Assembly: GCA_001822095.1 (NCBI GenBank)
Contig: MHPP01000024.1
Span: 1 to 48,961, forward strand
Source of the DNA: Candidatus Staskawiczbacteria bacterium RIFOXYC1_FULL_38_18
GTDB taxonomy: Bacteria > Patescibacteriota > Minisyncoccia > Minisyncoccales > Staskawiczbacteraceae
Reading direction: 5' to 3'
Length of the DNA stretch: 48,961 nt
Shown: one piece after another, positions 1-9,601 of the stretch
Numbering within the stretch: position 1 is the stretch's first letter
Layout: every line of letters starts with the position of its first letter
The notes under the pieces: generated by a model
Told to the model about the DNA's origin: nothing
What the model saw: only the letters and a program-made list of their open reading frames with translations
The model's database searches: none
Position numbers and translations under genes: made by a program

Positions 1-425
1 AAATATGCGTTTAATTTGGCTCTTGTCAAAGGACCAACCTGGTTTGCAGGTACAAATCCTTGCTGTGCCTGGTAAACTTTAACAGCTGCTAAGGTTTTTG
101 AACCAAAGTAGGATGTTTCAGCTCCAGGTGAGCCTGCTCCTGTTGCGCTAACTTGGGTTGAAGATGACTGGTTCAAGATTGTTTGCAAACATTTTACATC
201 TGAACCTGTGGCCCCAACTGTCAAGTTGCGGGTAAATGTAACTCCGGCGCAATTGGCAAGTGAAGAACCGCCAGTTGAAGCGCCTTGAAGCGCATTTAAT
301 TGAGCGGACAATTGGGCAATTTGCGCCAAAAGTTCGTCAATCGTTACCGCTTGAACGCTAGGAGCAACTACTGCAACCAAAGTCAAAGCGACCAAGGTTG
401 TTATAATTGTTCTTTTTATACTCAT
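1..425 (-). CDS. Secreted peptidoglycan-binding-domain surface protein, N-terminal part (runs off window)
   Basis: Not in the ORF track. Manual translation from ATG 425: MSIKRTIITTLVALTLVAVVAPSVQA (signal peptide), VTIDELLAQIAQLSAQL, then FTRNLTVGATGSDVKCLQTILN...YFGSKTLAAVKVYQAQQG...VGPLTRAKLN (PG_binding_1-like). Confidence 0.85.
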   Translation of the reverse strand, partial: MSIKRTIITTLVALTLVAVVAPSVQAVTIDELLAQIAQLSAQLNALQGASTGGSSLANCAGVTFTRNLTVGATGSDVKCLQTILNQSSSTQVSATGAGSPGAETSYFGSKTLAAVKVYQAQQGFVPANQVGPLTRAKLNAY

Positions 426-567
426 TTTTGTGTTTTTTTTGTTTATCCCTCGTTAAAGGGATATATTAAATTTATTAGTTTTATTTCTCGCCTGTCGACC
501 TTATCGTTCACGGCTTTACGTACTAACCACGAACAATGGCTCGTCAAATATTATGTTTAAAAGATAA

Positions 568-595
568 AGTATACGTAAATACTCTATCTCGTCAA
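568..595 (-). promoter_or_regulatory. sigma70-type promoter for the surface-protein gene
   Basis: TTGACG (595-590)-N16-TATACT (573-568) on the minus strand. Confidence 0.55.
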
Positions 596-620
596 ATGTT
601 TTGTAGTCGTAGACTATAAA

Positions 621-1325
621 TTAATTACTTATTGCCAACAACTCTTCCAGCGCCTGTGAATATTTCCCTGCGTCATACAATTCTTTTGCTCCTGCCAATG
701 TTTCTTTTTGCTCTTCTGTGAGTGTTGCTTTTTCTAAGTCTGCAATCTGGCTAATAACAACTGCTTGATACAAATCTTTTACATCCTGATTTTCGCTCAA
801 ATCTGTTCCTGCCACACTGGCTAATGTTTTTAAAGTTGTTGCAATTTCTTTTATTGCCACAGGATCTTGCACAGGATTATCTTTCAGGTTTTTTGCCAAT
901 TCCGATGCATTAGCTTTAATTTCCACAATCACAGAAGGAATGCTTTCTTTTCTTCCGTCTTTGGCAACTTGGGCCAAATCATTTACTCTGTTGCTCAAAT
1001 TGGCTATTTCTTTGTTTAAAGTTGTTTGGCCGGTCAAATTTGCTTGCGATTGTTCTGCTATTTTTTTAATTGGAAAAAGCGCGTCTCCCGGCACCGTATA
1101 CTGCGCAAATCCCAAAACCCCAACAATCATAATCAAAAGAGTTGCAAAAGCATAAGCTATTTGCCGTTGATAGAATATAGACGATATAACGTCCATAATA
1201 CTTACAGTTTTGGCGGGTTTGGCCAATATTTGCGACTTAAGCAAAGAAGCCCACTCCTGTCTGGGTTTGATAATTTTGAGCCCTTTTATCTGCTCAATTA
1301 GTTTTTTTTCGGTTAATTTGGCCAT
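621..1325 (-). CDS. Putative membrane anti-sigma factor, DUF5667-like
   Basis: Single TM helix followed by PGDALFPIKK motif and helical C-terminus; directly downstream of an ECF sigma. Confidence 0.7.
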   Translation of the reverse strand: MAKLTEKKLIEQIKGLKIIKPRQEWASLLKSQILAKPAKTVSIMDVISSIFYQRQIAYAFATLLIMIVGVLGFAQYTVPGDALFPIKKIAEQSQANLTGQTTLNKEIANLSNRVNDLAQVAKDGRKESIPSVIVEIKANASELAKNLKDNPVQDPVAIKEIATTLKTLASVAGTDLSENQDVKDLYQAVVISQIADLEKATLTEEQKETLAGAKELYDAGKYSQALEELLAISN

Positions 1326-1345
1326 TTTTTGCTTGTTATAATTAA

Positions 1346-1372
1346 GACGCCCAATAGAGCCGTTTTGTTACA
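1346..1372 (-). promoter_or_regulatory. ECF-sigma-type promoter
   Basis: TGTAAC-N17-CGTC on the minus strand, about 20 nt upstream of ATG 1325; matches the AAC...CGT ECF consensus. Confidence 0.65.
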
Positions 1373-1378
1373 AATTAC

Positions 1379-1888
1379 CTAATTTTCCTGAATAATCCCC
1401 TTCAATTCCTTCAACCCCCTGTGAAGCATAACCCTAACCGTACCAGCCGGCCTGCCCGTTAATTTGGCAATATTCGCAATTGGCATGTCTTCCAAATAAT
1501 GCCATATTATTATGTCCTGGTGCTCTTTTTTAAGCTTTTGTATGGCTGTTTTAACAACATTAATGTCTGCGCTTAAAACCGCTTTATTATACTGGCTTGA
1601 TTCTGTGTCTGCAATTTCTGGCAAAATATCAGAAGAAACAGTCTTTGTCCTACCCTTTTCCCTATAATGGTCAATAACCGCATTGCCCGCTATTTTATAT
1701 AAAAAAGAGCCAATATTGTCTATTTTGCTATCTGGGGCGCTATAAGCCTTCCATGCGCCCAAAAATACCTTAGAGGTAATATCCTCTGCCGTCTCCTCAG
1801 AATTGACCTTCAGGTACACAAATCGGTATATTTTTTCAATATATTGGTCGTAAATCTGGCCAAATTGTTCATTTTGATTCTCCATCAA
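1379..1888 (-). CDS. ECF RNA polymerase sigma factor
   Basis: Region 2 (IYRFVYLKV...AEDITSKVFL...FLYKIAGNAVIDHYR) and region 4 (IAKLTGRPAGTVRVMLHRG). Confidence 0.93.
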   Translation of the reverse strand: MMENQNEQFGQIYDQYIEKIYRFVYLKVNSEETAEDITSKVFLGAWKAYSAPDSKIDNIGSFLYKIAGNAVIDHYREKGRTKTVSSDILPEIADTESSQYNKAVLSADINVVKTAIQKLKKEHQDIIIWHYLEDMPIANIAKLTGRPAGTVRVMLHRGLKELKGIIQEN

Positions 1889-2007
1889 ATATTGATAATA
1901 TTACTATAAAACTGGCAAAAAGTCAATAATTTTAGGGATATTTTAGATAGGACAATCTATCTTCGCCAAAATGTCCCATCTTATTATTTTTGTCCCACCC
2001 CTTTTAA

Positions 2008-2598
2008 TCAACTCTCCAAAACTTTATTTTCGCTGATTTTATAAAAAACCTCGTTAAATTCGCCCATTCTAATTATTTTGCCTGCTCCCAAAAGCTCGTC
2101 TAGGTCCCTTCTTATTGTTCTTTTTGTGACATCCGGTAAAATTTTCTGTAAATCCATTACCTGCGCTTTTTCATTGCCGGCTAAAAATTCAAGTATTTTT
2201 CTCTGCCTATTGCTAAGCTGGTCTTTTTTGTCATTCCCGTTTCCCGCCTTGGCGCTAGGCAGATCGCCAAGAGAACGAATAGCAAGCGGGCGCAATTCAA
2301 TCTCTTCTTTTATTTTTTTATATTCATTTGAAATTATTAAATAGTTTGTTGAATTTAGCCATCCTTGGCATTTTGCTATCCAAAAATAACCCAAAAGAAT
2401 ATCAACATCTTCTATCACTTGTGTTTTGATTTTATCATTCTGAAACGAAGCCCAGCCTTCAATTCCATCCAGCAAAATAAGGTTTTCCATCAACAACAAA
2501 ACCCTGTCTTTCGCCCTGTTTTTTAAGGGGTCGGATTCCGGAAAAAACTCAATGACTTTGTAAGCGGTATTTGTTAATTTTATAAATCCTTCGTCCAT
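2008..2598 (-). CDS. Helical N-terminal domain plus C-terminal DeoR-type HTH protein
   Basis: C-terminal LSNRQRKILEFL...DVTKRTIRRDLDELLGAGKI is a DeoR-like wHTH; likely start MDEGF at 2598. Confidence 0.75.
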   Translation of the reverse strand: MDEGFIKLTNTAYKVIEFFPESDPLKNRAKDRVLLLMENLILLDGIEGWASFQNDKIKTQVIEDVDILLGYFWIAKCQGWLNSTNYLIISNEYKKIKEEIELRPLAIRSLGDLPSAKAGNGNDKKDQLSNRQRKILEFLAGNEKAQVMDLQKILPDVTKRTIRRDLDELLGAGKIIRMGEFNEVFYKISENKVLES

Positions 2599-2708
2599 AA
2601 CATTTATCCAAATTAACAAAATTTAAATAAAAAAACAAGGTGCAAAATACCCTTAATCAAAAATAATACATTTAATAATTATATCTAATTATTTTATTGG
2701 TTTCAACC

Positions 2709-2717
2709 TGTGGATAA
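2709..2717. promoter_or_regulatory. Perfect DnaA box, intergenic
   Basis: TGTGGATAA (reverse complement TTATCCACA). Confidence 0.35.
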
Positions 2718-2745
2718 AAAAACTGCTGACACTTGTCAGGCAGTA

Positions 2746-3012
2746 CTACTTGTTAATTCTTTCCAGCAAAAGCTGTATTTCCCGATGGCCCTTTGCTATT
2801 CTTGCTTTGCTCAGCTTCCATACGGTAAATACGCAAGCGATGCTCAAAGGAAACCCTGTCGCAAAAACGATGACGAGGTAGTTGCTATACCCCAAAATGA
2901 CTGTTGCTGTAATGGTTAACAGCCAAAAGTTCAGACAAATAACCACTGCTTGTTGGACAGCCCTCCTGACCCTGTGGTTGTTTGTTATCCTAGGATGAAA
3001 TGTAATGCGCAT
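2746..3012 (-). CDS. Small orphan membrane protein (2 TM)
   Basis: ATG 3012 with AAGGGGG SD; TTGACA at 3084-3079; terminator hairpin 2716-2744. Confidence 0.6.
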   Translation of the reverse strand: MRITFHPRITNNHRVRRAVQQAVVICLNFWLLTITATVILGYSNYLVIVFATGFPLSIACVFTVWKLSKARIAKGHREIQLLLERINK

Positions 3013-3080
3013 AACCCCCTTCTTCCTACAAAATGGTAAAGGACGATACATTATTAATGCTATGCTTTGCCATATGAATG

Positions 3081-4097
3081 TCAAGCTTTTTTACTCTCTG
3101 TGGCAAACTGCCCGCAAGCTGCTTTTATGTCGTCCCCAAACCGATATCTTTGTACAAAATTTATGTTTTCTTTTTCAAGTAGTTTTTTAAAAGCCCCGAC
3201 TCTTTTTGTTTCAGATGGCTCAAACGAGCCGGTCTTGTTGTAAAGTATTAAATTCACAAAATATAGTTTTTTTCGCATCAATTTAGCAAGTTGAACAGCA
3301 CACTCATCAGAATCATTAACATTTTTGATTAAAACATATTCAAACATTACTTTTCTTTTTGTTTTTTTAATATATTCGTCAACTGATTTTAAAATATTTT
3401 TTAGAGAATATGTTTTATTCACAGGCATTAATTCTGTTCTTAGTTTATCGCTTGGCGCGTGCAAAGAAATGGCCAAGTTAAGCTGGAGTCCCTCTTCACT
3501 AAATTTTTTTATTCCCTCAACAATTCCGCAAGTTGAAACAGAAATTGACCTTGCTCCAATATTAAAAAAATCCTTATTATTTAAAATTTTTATTGACTGC
3601 ATTACATTATCGTAATTCAAAAACGGCTCCCCCATTCCCATGAACGTCACGTTCGTGACGTAATTTTTAATTTTAAATTTTAAATTTTTAATATATCTGT
3701 CAAAAAAAATCACCTGTTCTAAAATTTCGCTTGCTGTTAGATTTCTGACAAAACCCATTTTTCCCGTAGCGCAAAATGCGCAATTCATGGGGCATCCCAC
3801 CTGTGAAGAAACGCAAACCGTGTTTCTTCCATCTGCATGCCTCATTAAAACAGATTCTATTTCCAGCCCGTCAAATAATTTTATTTTAGCTTTTATACTA
3901 TTTTTATCTTTTGCCACTAAAATATCCGCTTTAATATCCAACGGGCACTCTTTATTTAATTTATCGCGCAAATCTTTTGTAAAAAAAGTTGCCTCATTCC
4001 AGTCAGAAATGAAGTTTTTAAAAACCGCCTCATTTGCCTGTTTTAAGCGGTATTTCGGCTTGTTTTCAAGTATTTTTTCCAGTTTTGTTATGTCCAT
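3081..4097 (-). CDS. rlmN: 23S rRNA/tRNA radical SAM methyltransferase RlmN
   Basis: CVSSQVGCPMNCAFCATG, MGMGEP, ISLHA, AACGQ motifs. Confidence 0.93.
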   Translation of the reverse strand: MDITKLEKILENKPKYRLKQANEAVFKNFISDWNEATFFTKDLRDKLNKECPLDIKADILVAKDKNSIKAKIKLFDGLEIESVLMRHADGRNTVCVSSQVGCPMNCAFCATGKMGFVRNLTASEILEQVIFFDRYIKNLKFKIKNYVTNVTFMGMGEPFLNYDNVMQSIKILNNKDFFNIGARSISVSTCGIVEGIKKFSEEGLQLNLAISLHAPSDKLRTELMPVNKTYSLKNILKSVDEYIKKTKRKVMFEYVLIKNVNDSDECAVQLAKLMRKKLYFVNLILYNKTGSFEPSETKRVGAFKKLLEKENINFVQRYRFGDDIKAACGQFATESKKA

Positions 4098-4129
4098 TAA
4101 ATTGTTTATAGCCTTTTTTCTTGTTTTAT

Positions 4130-4151
4130 GCCTGCCTGCCGGCTGGCAGGC
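4130..4151. repeat. Short GC-rich palindrome (REP-like)
   Basis: GCCTGCCTGCCGGCTGGCAGGC, near-perfect inverted repeat; related to 17615-17631. Confidence 0.6.
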
Positions 4152-4199
4152 AAAAAAATAAGCGACAGCTGGAGACTGTCGCCTTTGGTGTGCTTCTGC

Positions 4200-4499
4200 C
4201 TACGACTGAGTCAAATGGCTATAGTTTTGACGGGTTGCCACCATCAGGAGAAACTCCAGTCTCCGGGCCCCGCCAATCTTAAAGTCGTTGTTACAGCCCT
4301 CCCACAGCTGACCTATTGCGGTAGATGCTGGGGACGAAAAACGAGCTTGAGCCCCGCTTGCAAGTGGGCAAAATGCAAGCGTTACTCCAGTCGTCAATTT
4401 TTTTCTGACCGGCAGAAGGACCCAAAAGCCCCACGCCAAAACCAGAACAGAAAAGAACAACGGGTTGGCTCCAATGAGCCAAACATCTTGCTGGCTCAT
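4200..4499 (-). CDS. Small orphan membrane-anchored protein
   Basis: GGGAGG SD; TTGACA(4570)-N16-TATAAT(4548); terminator 4152-4182; N-terminal TM. Confidence 0.55.
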   Translation of the reverse strand: MSQQDVWLIGANPLFFSVLVLAWGFWVLLPVRKKLTTGVTLAFCPLASGAQARFSSPASTAIGQLWEGCNNDFKIGGARRLEFLLMVATRQNYSHLTQS

Positions 4500-4555
4500 T
4501 TTTGCCTCCCTTCAAGTTTCAGTTCAGAAACCAGATATTCTTATTATATACAAAA

Positions 4556-5848
4556 TTAATTCTGTGTCAATATTTCATTTTCTTTTCCGGGCGTAGGAGT
4601 GCTCAATTTAAAATCCACAGAATTATCATCCGTGTCTTTATATGTTTGGCTTTCTCCATCAAATACTCTGCCAATACTCTGGCCGTCTTCCGGATTAGTT
4701 AAAAATGACGCAGTTTCAAAATCTTGCGCCAGCCCAAAACCAACTTTATCGGAAATTTCTCGGTTTGGATTTTTAAACGCGAAAGAGTTATCTGGCGTGA
4801 TTGATAGTATCGTAAAAATATCATTTGAGCCTACATAATAGCTATCCCTCGAAATCATAAAGTAATCATTTGAACCTATAATTTTTCCAGCAAAATTGGG
4901 TGAAGACACGCACGAGCTCCACAAGTCATCCATGCTTGCGGATTTAGTCTTTCTTTGCAAATACCAGCCAGTTAAACTTACCTGCTTATCGGTCGGATTA
5001 TATAATTCAATAAATCTTTTTCCTATCGGGCTTATCTGTATTTCAGAAATTAAAATTTTTGGATAAACAACTGGCGCGGGACTGTTGCTACCCCCGCCGC
5101 TTCCTCCACCGGTTGATGTAACGTTCGCAGTTAAGGCGGTAGCCGAAATTTCTCCGTTTGGATTTTTTAAAACTAAGGAATTACTTTCAGATAAGATTAA
5201 GTCGGGCAGTAAAATATTAGCGTTAAAATTTTCTCTGGCAATCAAAAAATAGCTATGAGCGTAAATTGTTTTATTTTCAAAATTGGTCGAAGACACGCAC
5301 GAGCTCCAAGAATCCGCGTTTTGTGTTTTTCTTTGCAAATACCAGCCGGTCAGACTCACAGAAAAATCGTTTGGATTAAAAAGTTTTATGAATCTTTGAC
5401 TAATGGGGCTTGCCAAAGTTTCTGAAATTAAAATTTCAGGATAAGTTACAGCCTGCTTGTTTTTGTCTTGTTCTTGTTCTTGTTCTTGTTCTTGTTCTTT
5501 TTCATCTTCTTCGTCTTCTTTTTCTTCCTCCTTCATTTCTTCATATTCTAACTGGTTTTGTTCTTCTAATAAATCGCTTATTTGCCTGTTTATAAGGTCA
5601 ATTTTTTCTTTTAGGTCGTCTATTAAGTTTTGTTTTTCTTCATCTGCTAAAACCACTTTCCCTTCTTCTGTCGCAGGCGGGTCTAGAGATAATAAAGCAT
5701 CAAAAATTGGGGTGTTTTGTTTTTCAAGAATATCTAACTGGTTTAAACTTGCTGTAAAACTTTTTGAGTCAAAAAATCCGGCGGAAAACAAAACAACAAA
5801 AGCCGGCAAAAATAAAAAAAGCCATCTTAAAATAACCCGCCCTAACAT
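4556..5848 (-). CDS. Secreted/anchored protein with two lamin-tail domains
   Basis: Two repeats of ILISE...FI(E/K)L(Y/F)NP...VSLTGWYLQRK; acidic EQEQ linker; C-terminal PTPG. Confidence 0.8.
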   Translation of the reverse strand: MLGRVILRWLFLFLPAFVVLFSAGFFDSKSFTASLNQLDILEKQNTPIFDALLSLDPPATEEGKVVLADEEKQNLIDDLKEKIDLINRQISDLLEEQNQLEYEEMKEEEKEDEEDEKEQEQEQEQEQDKNKQAVTYPEILISETLASPISQRFIKLFNPNDFSVSLTGWYLQRKTQNADSWSSCVSSTNFENKTIYAHSYFLIARENFNANILLPDLILSESNSLVLKNPNGEISATALTANVTSTGGGSGGGSNSPAPVVYPKILISEIQISPIGKRFIELYNPTDKQVSLTGWYLQRKTKSASMDDLWSSCVSSPNFAGKIIGSNDYFMISRDSYYVGSNDIFTILSITPDNSFAFKNPNREISDKVGFGLAQDFETASFLTNPEDGQSIGRVFDGESQTYKDTDDNSVDFKLSTPTPGKENEILTQN

Positions 5849-5933
5849 TTTTACATCTTTAATTATTATATTCTACCATAAAAAAAGAAGCCCGAAGCTC
5901 CCGGGCATAACTGAACAACAAAGAACAAAACGG

Positions 5934-6467
5934 CTAAGCACAACCGACAGCAGACAGAAGTTCATCGGGAAGCGAAGCCGATAAAATCGCGCAGGACGGC
6001 TTTCTCAACGGCGGAGGCGTGAAACTACAAACCTCTTGAACGTACTCCATTCTCTGGCAAGTCCAGACCTCAAAAAGTAACTCATGCCATGGCTCGGGCA
6101 GGAAAAGGACTCTTGAAATGCTATCGCATGGATTCGGGCTAAACTTAGGTTTTCCCTTTGCGTGCGAATTATACGCCACAGCCCTAAAGCAGTTTCTCCC
6201 CTCTGTGAGCTCGGAGAATAACCCGTCCAAGCTTTTAATTCCCGAAAACCCAATGTCGGCCCAGCTAACATGGATTTCCCTACCTTTTGGCAAAAAGGGC
6301 GTAAAAACAATTCCCCTTTTCCAAGGACTAAGCCTGACACATGTTTCAAGTTTTTTTTCAGCCCCATTAAGAGCAAACCTTGCCTTCAGAAAGACCACTG
6401 CTGTTTCAATCAACTTTGGCAGAGGTATCAGGTTTTGCCTGATTACTTCCAGTTCAGTGGCATTCAT
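5934..6467 (-). CDS. Orphan hypothetical protein
   Basis: 177-aa ORF, GGAG SD, terminator 5880-5906. Confidence 0.55.
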   Translation of the reverse strand: MNATELEVIRQNLIPLPKLIETAVVFLKARFALNGAEKKLETCVRLSPWKRGIVFTPFLPKGREIHVSWADIGFSGIKSLDGLFSELTEGRNCFRAVAYNSHAKGKPKFSPNPCDSISRVLFLPEPWHELLFEVWTCQRMEYVQEVCSFTPPPLRKPSCAILSASLPDELLSAVGCA

Positions 6468-6547
6468 GTTTTAAACTCCGTTGGGTTGTAGTGTCCGATA
6501 GCTGTAATTAAAAAGTATTATAAAATAATAAATTATTTATTAAAAAC

Positions 6548-7555
6548 CTATCGAGTTTTTATTTTAAGCAAAAGTTTTGATTCCCGTGCAGTTGTTAATG
6601 CTTGTTGAAATAGAAAAATTGCCCCCCTGTAATCTTTAATATCACCGCTCATTTTAATTGTTCCCTCGACTATCTTTTGTTCGGCTTTTTCTAAATTCTT
6701 CTGAACTTTTAAAACAACCTCATTCTTAATTTTTCCTTTGTCCGCTTCAATCAATTTATTAACTTCATTAATTGCATTTTGAGCCGATTGCAATCTATTT
6801 TGAGCTATTTTTTCCAGCGCAACCGACTTTTCCGGCTGATTTTCGCCTGTTGTATTGTTTTCATTTTCCACGCTGTTTACAGAGATTGCCCCCGAATTAA
6901 AGGCCTCCTTGCTTGCATTGTCAACTTCAATTATTAAAGAATCCATTTGCTCTGTGGTTTCTTCTCCGCCCAAAGCAGATCCGCCTATGGCGGACAAAAC
7001 TGCGCTATGAGCTTTTAGGGTTGCTTCAAAACTGGAGGCAATTTTTGCCGCAGCGTTATACATTTTTGCGTTGTTTAACTTTTCAATGCTTTTTACCACC
7101 TTATCAACCCTTGCATTAAAATTATTGTTTATTCTTATTTGAATACCCGGCAAAAGTTTCCCTTCAACCGCCAGCTGTTCGGCTTCCTGCAATCTAACTT
7201 CGGCCAACTGTATATTCAAGTCTGTTTTTGCTTCGTCGGAAAACGCCAAAACTTGCAAAACGTTTTCATTCACCCCCACTTTTACCGGGTATAAAATGTC
7301 TCCCGGAAGAGCGGCATTGGCCTGCACACTCACAACTCCTCCGGTGCACAAAACTACTGCCAAAGCTGAAACAAAAATATAAACTGGCTTTAACCTTGGC
7401 GAGAACACGGTGCCCCAAAAAGTCCTCTTTTGCGCAGGCAGAGAGTTCTCTTTCATAAAGACCAAAACAGCCTCTTTAATAGAATTTTTCTTTTCCTTTT
7501 CCAGTTTTACTTGTTTTGCTTTCCCAAAAAGTTTTTTTATTGGATTATCAAACAT
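6548..7555 (-). CDS. Putative anti-sigma factor, DUF5667-like
   Basis: TM helix then ALPGDILYPVK...AEVRLQEAEQL; 1 nt downstream of an ECF sigma. Confidence 0.75.
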   Translation of the reverse strand: MFDNPIKKLFGKAKQVKLEKEKKNSIKEAVLVFMKENSLPAQKRTFWGTVFSPRLKPVYIFVSALAVVLCTGGVVSVQANAALPGDILYPVKVGVNENVLQVLAFSDEAKTDLNIQLAEVRLQEAEQLAVEGKLLPGIQIRINNNFNARVDKVVKSIEKLNNAKMYNAAAKIASSFEATLKAHSAVLSAIGGSALGGEETTEQMDSLIIEVDNASKEAFNSGAISVNSVENENNTTGENQPEKSVALEKIAQNRLQSAQNAINEVNKLIEADKGKIKNEVVLKVQKNLEKAEQKIVEGTIKMSGDIKDYRGAIFLFQQALTTARESKLLLKIKTR

Positions 7556-7556
7556 T

Positions 7557-8075
7557 TTATTTATACTTTTCTTTTACTATTTCCCTGAATTTGCTCATAC
7601 CCTGATTTAGTCTTACGGATATGGCGTTTGCTGTTTCGCCTAAAATATCGGCAATTTCAGCAGGCAACAATTCGTTTACGTATCTCATTGTTATCACCTG
7701 TCTTTGGTTTTCGGGCAATTTTTCAAGCAATTTCATGAGCTCATCTGCCTCAAACTTATTAAAAATATTGCCCTCCACACTATTAAGACGTATTGACTCC
7801 CTTGGCTCTTTTTCATTCATATCATCCAAATAAATATCTTTTCTTTTTCTGCTGTGATCAATTATCAGGTTTACGGCCACCTTATATAAGAAGGACTTCG
7901 TGTTTTTAATTTCCTGTCCTGCTACAATATACTTCCAGGTTTTAATAAAAGTTTCTTGCGTCAAATCCTCCGCCAGTTCTTTATTGTACACCCTAAAATA
8001 GCAATGGCGATAAATATCGTTTGCATATTTTTCATAGGCAGACAAAAATTCTTTTTCACGTTTATCTTTAAACAT
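7557..8075 (-). CDS. ECF RNA polymerase sigma factor
   Basis: IYRHCYFRV...AEDLTQETFIKTW...FLYKVAVNLIIDHSR; EIADILGET...SVRLNQG. Confidence 0.93.
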   Translation of the reverse strand: MFKDKREKEFLSAYEKYANDIYRHCYFRVYNKELAEDLTQETFIKTWKYIVAGQEIKNTKSFLYKVAVNLIIDHSRKRKDIYLDDMNEKEPRESIRLNSVEGNIFNKFEADELMKLLEKLPENQRQVITMRYVNELLPAEIADILGETANAISVRLNQGMSKFREIVKEKYK

Positions 8076-8194
8076 TTAACTTGATTAAAACACAAAAAAA
8101 CAAAAACATAAAGGGCAAAAGAGTTGGTGTTTTGCTTCGTCTTATAGGGTGTAAGGTCGGCAAAAATAAATTTATACTATTAATTATAAAAACT

Positions 8195-9183
8195 ATGAAT
8201 ACATTAATTAAAAAGTCAACAATTGCAATATTAACCTTGGCAGTGGTGGGAATAACAGCCATGCCTTTAATGGCAAGCGCCGACAGCTTTGTGCGCATTA
8301 GAAACGGAGTAAACAGCGTTGTTATTCGGTCAAATGTGGGAGAAAACGGAAATATGGTGTCAATTAACGGCGTTACGCTCAATAACACCGCCGCCCAAGA
8401 CGCCCGCAAAACATATAACACAGCAGTAAAAAACGCCAATAAGACTTATACGGATGCAAGAAAATCAGCCCGCGATAAAATGAGAACCGCATTATCTTCT
8501 GCAGGAAACGACTTCTCAAAACGTATGACAGCCTACACAACATATTTGTCCGAAATTTTAGCGGCGTTTAACCAGAGGTCAACAGCCAAGGCAACCGCAT
8601 TGCAGGCTTATATCAACGCCCTTAAAGCAATACAGTCTTCTACAAACCAGGCTCCAACAGCAAACAACCAAAGCGTAAGCACAAATGAAGAAACGCCAAA
8701 AGCTATTACCCTAACAGGAAGCGACCCGGAAAGTTCAGCATTAACATACTCTGTTGTTGCAAACCCAAGCCACGGAGCATTGTCTGGCACAATACCAAAT
8801 CTGACTTACACTCCAGCAACAAATTATTCCGGCTCTGACAGCTTTACCTTCAAAGTTAACGATGGGACTCAAGACAGCAACACAGCGACAATTTCAATTA
8901 CGGTAATTGCCGTAAATGATGCGCCGGTAGCAACAGCCCAAAGCGCTTCATTAGCTAAAAACGTCTCATCGGCAATTACCTTAACAGGAAGCGACCCCGA
9001 AAACTCAACATTATCTTACTTTGTTGTAACAAACCCGGTTCACGGAACATTATCTGGCACAGTGCCAAACTTAACCTACTTGCCCGCAACAGATTACACC
9101 GGATCAGACAGTTCACCTTTAAGGTTAATGACGGAAGCTTAGACAGCGCGGTAGCCACAGTTTCAATCACAGTAAATCCGTAA
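8195..9183 (+). CDS. Secreted protein with two Ig-like (Big_9/tandem-95-type) repeats; 1-nt frameshift near 9112
   Basis: Likely ATG 8195 with signal peptide; NQAPTA...ITLTGSDPE...LTYTP...GSDSFTFKVNDG repeated. The second repeat continues in another frame to TAA 9181-9183. Confidence 0.8.
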
Positions 9184-9224
9184 AAAATAAAAAAGTAGCA
9201 ATATAATTAAAAAAAATTAATAAC

Positions 9225-9467
9225 ATGAAAAAAGTAATTATTTTACCAGTTATATCTATAATGTTTATGATTTTTCTGGCTCCTCTAAGCTATGCATCGG
9301 CAATGGTTACGGCTAACAAAACAGTTGCAAAAATAGCACCGCATACCATAGCGTCGCAAACAAAGATAACAGATTCTTATGGTAACACGGTCACTATCAC
9401 AAAAACAGCCACAGCTTTTGCAACTCCCTACTACCGCGGAGTATTGGTAACCAGAACAGTGAGATAA
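9225..9467 (+). CDS. Small secreted protein
   Basis: MKK signal peptide, Thr-rich mature region, followed by a terminator. Confidence 0.7.
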   Translation: MKKVIILPVISIMFMIFLAPLSYASAMVTANKTVAKIAPHTIASQTKITDSYGNTVTITKTATAFATPYYRGVLVTRTVR

Positions 9468-9484
9468 TAAGCAATAGATCAAAC

Positions 9485-9526
9485 AAAAAACCGCCCGACG
9501 TAAAAAAGTATAGGGCGGTTTTTTTG
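9485..9526. terminator. Bidirectional intrinsic terminator
   Basis: AAAAAACCGCCC...GGGCGGTTTTTT between convergent genes. Confidence 0.75.
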
Positions 9527-9558
9527 TTTTAAAAATAATATCAATACTGCCACCCCAT

Positions 9559-9601
9559 ACTTACTCTATATACCTGCGATAGCATTTATACAGCGTAATC
9601 A
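9559..9601. repeat. 43-bp direct repeat, copy 1
   Basis: ACTTACTCTATATACCTGCGATAGCATTTATACAGCGTAATCA; overlaps the stop codon of 9599-10177. Confidence 0.92.

Noticed and set aside
5457..5984. Plus-strand Ser/Cys-rich ORF (SCSCSC)
   Set aside because: Antisense shadow of the (GAACAA)n EQEQ linker in the lamin-tail gene.
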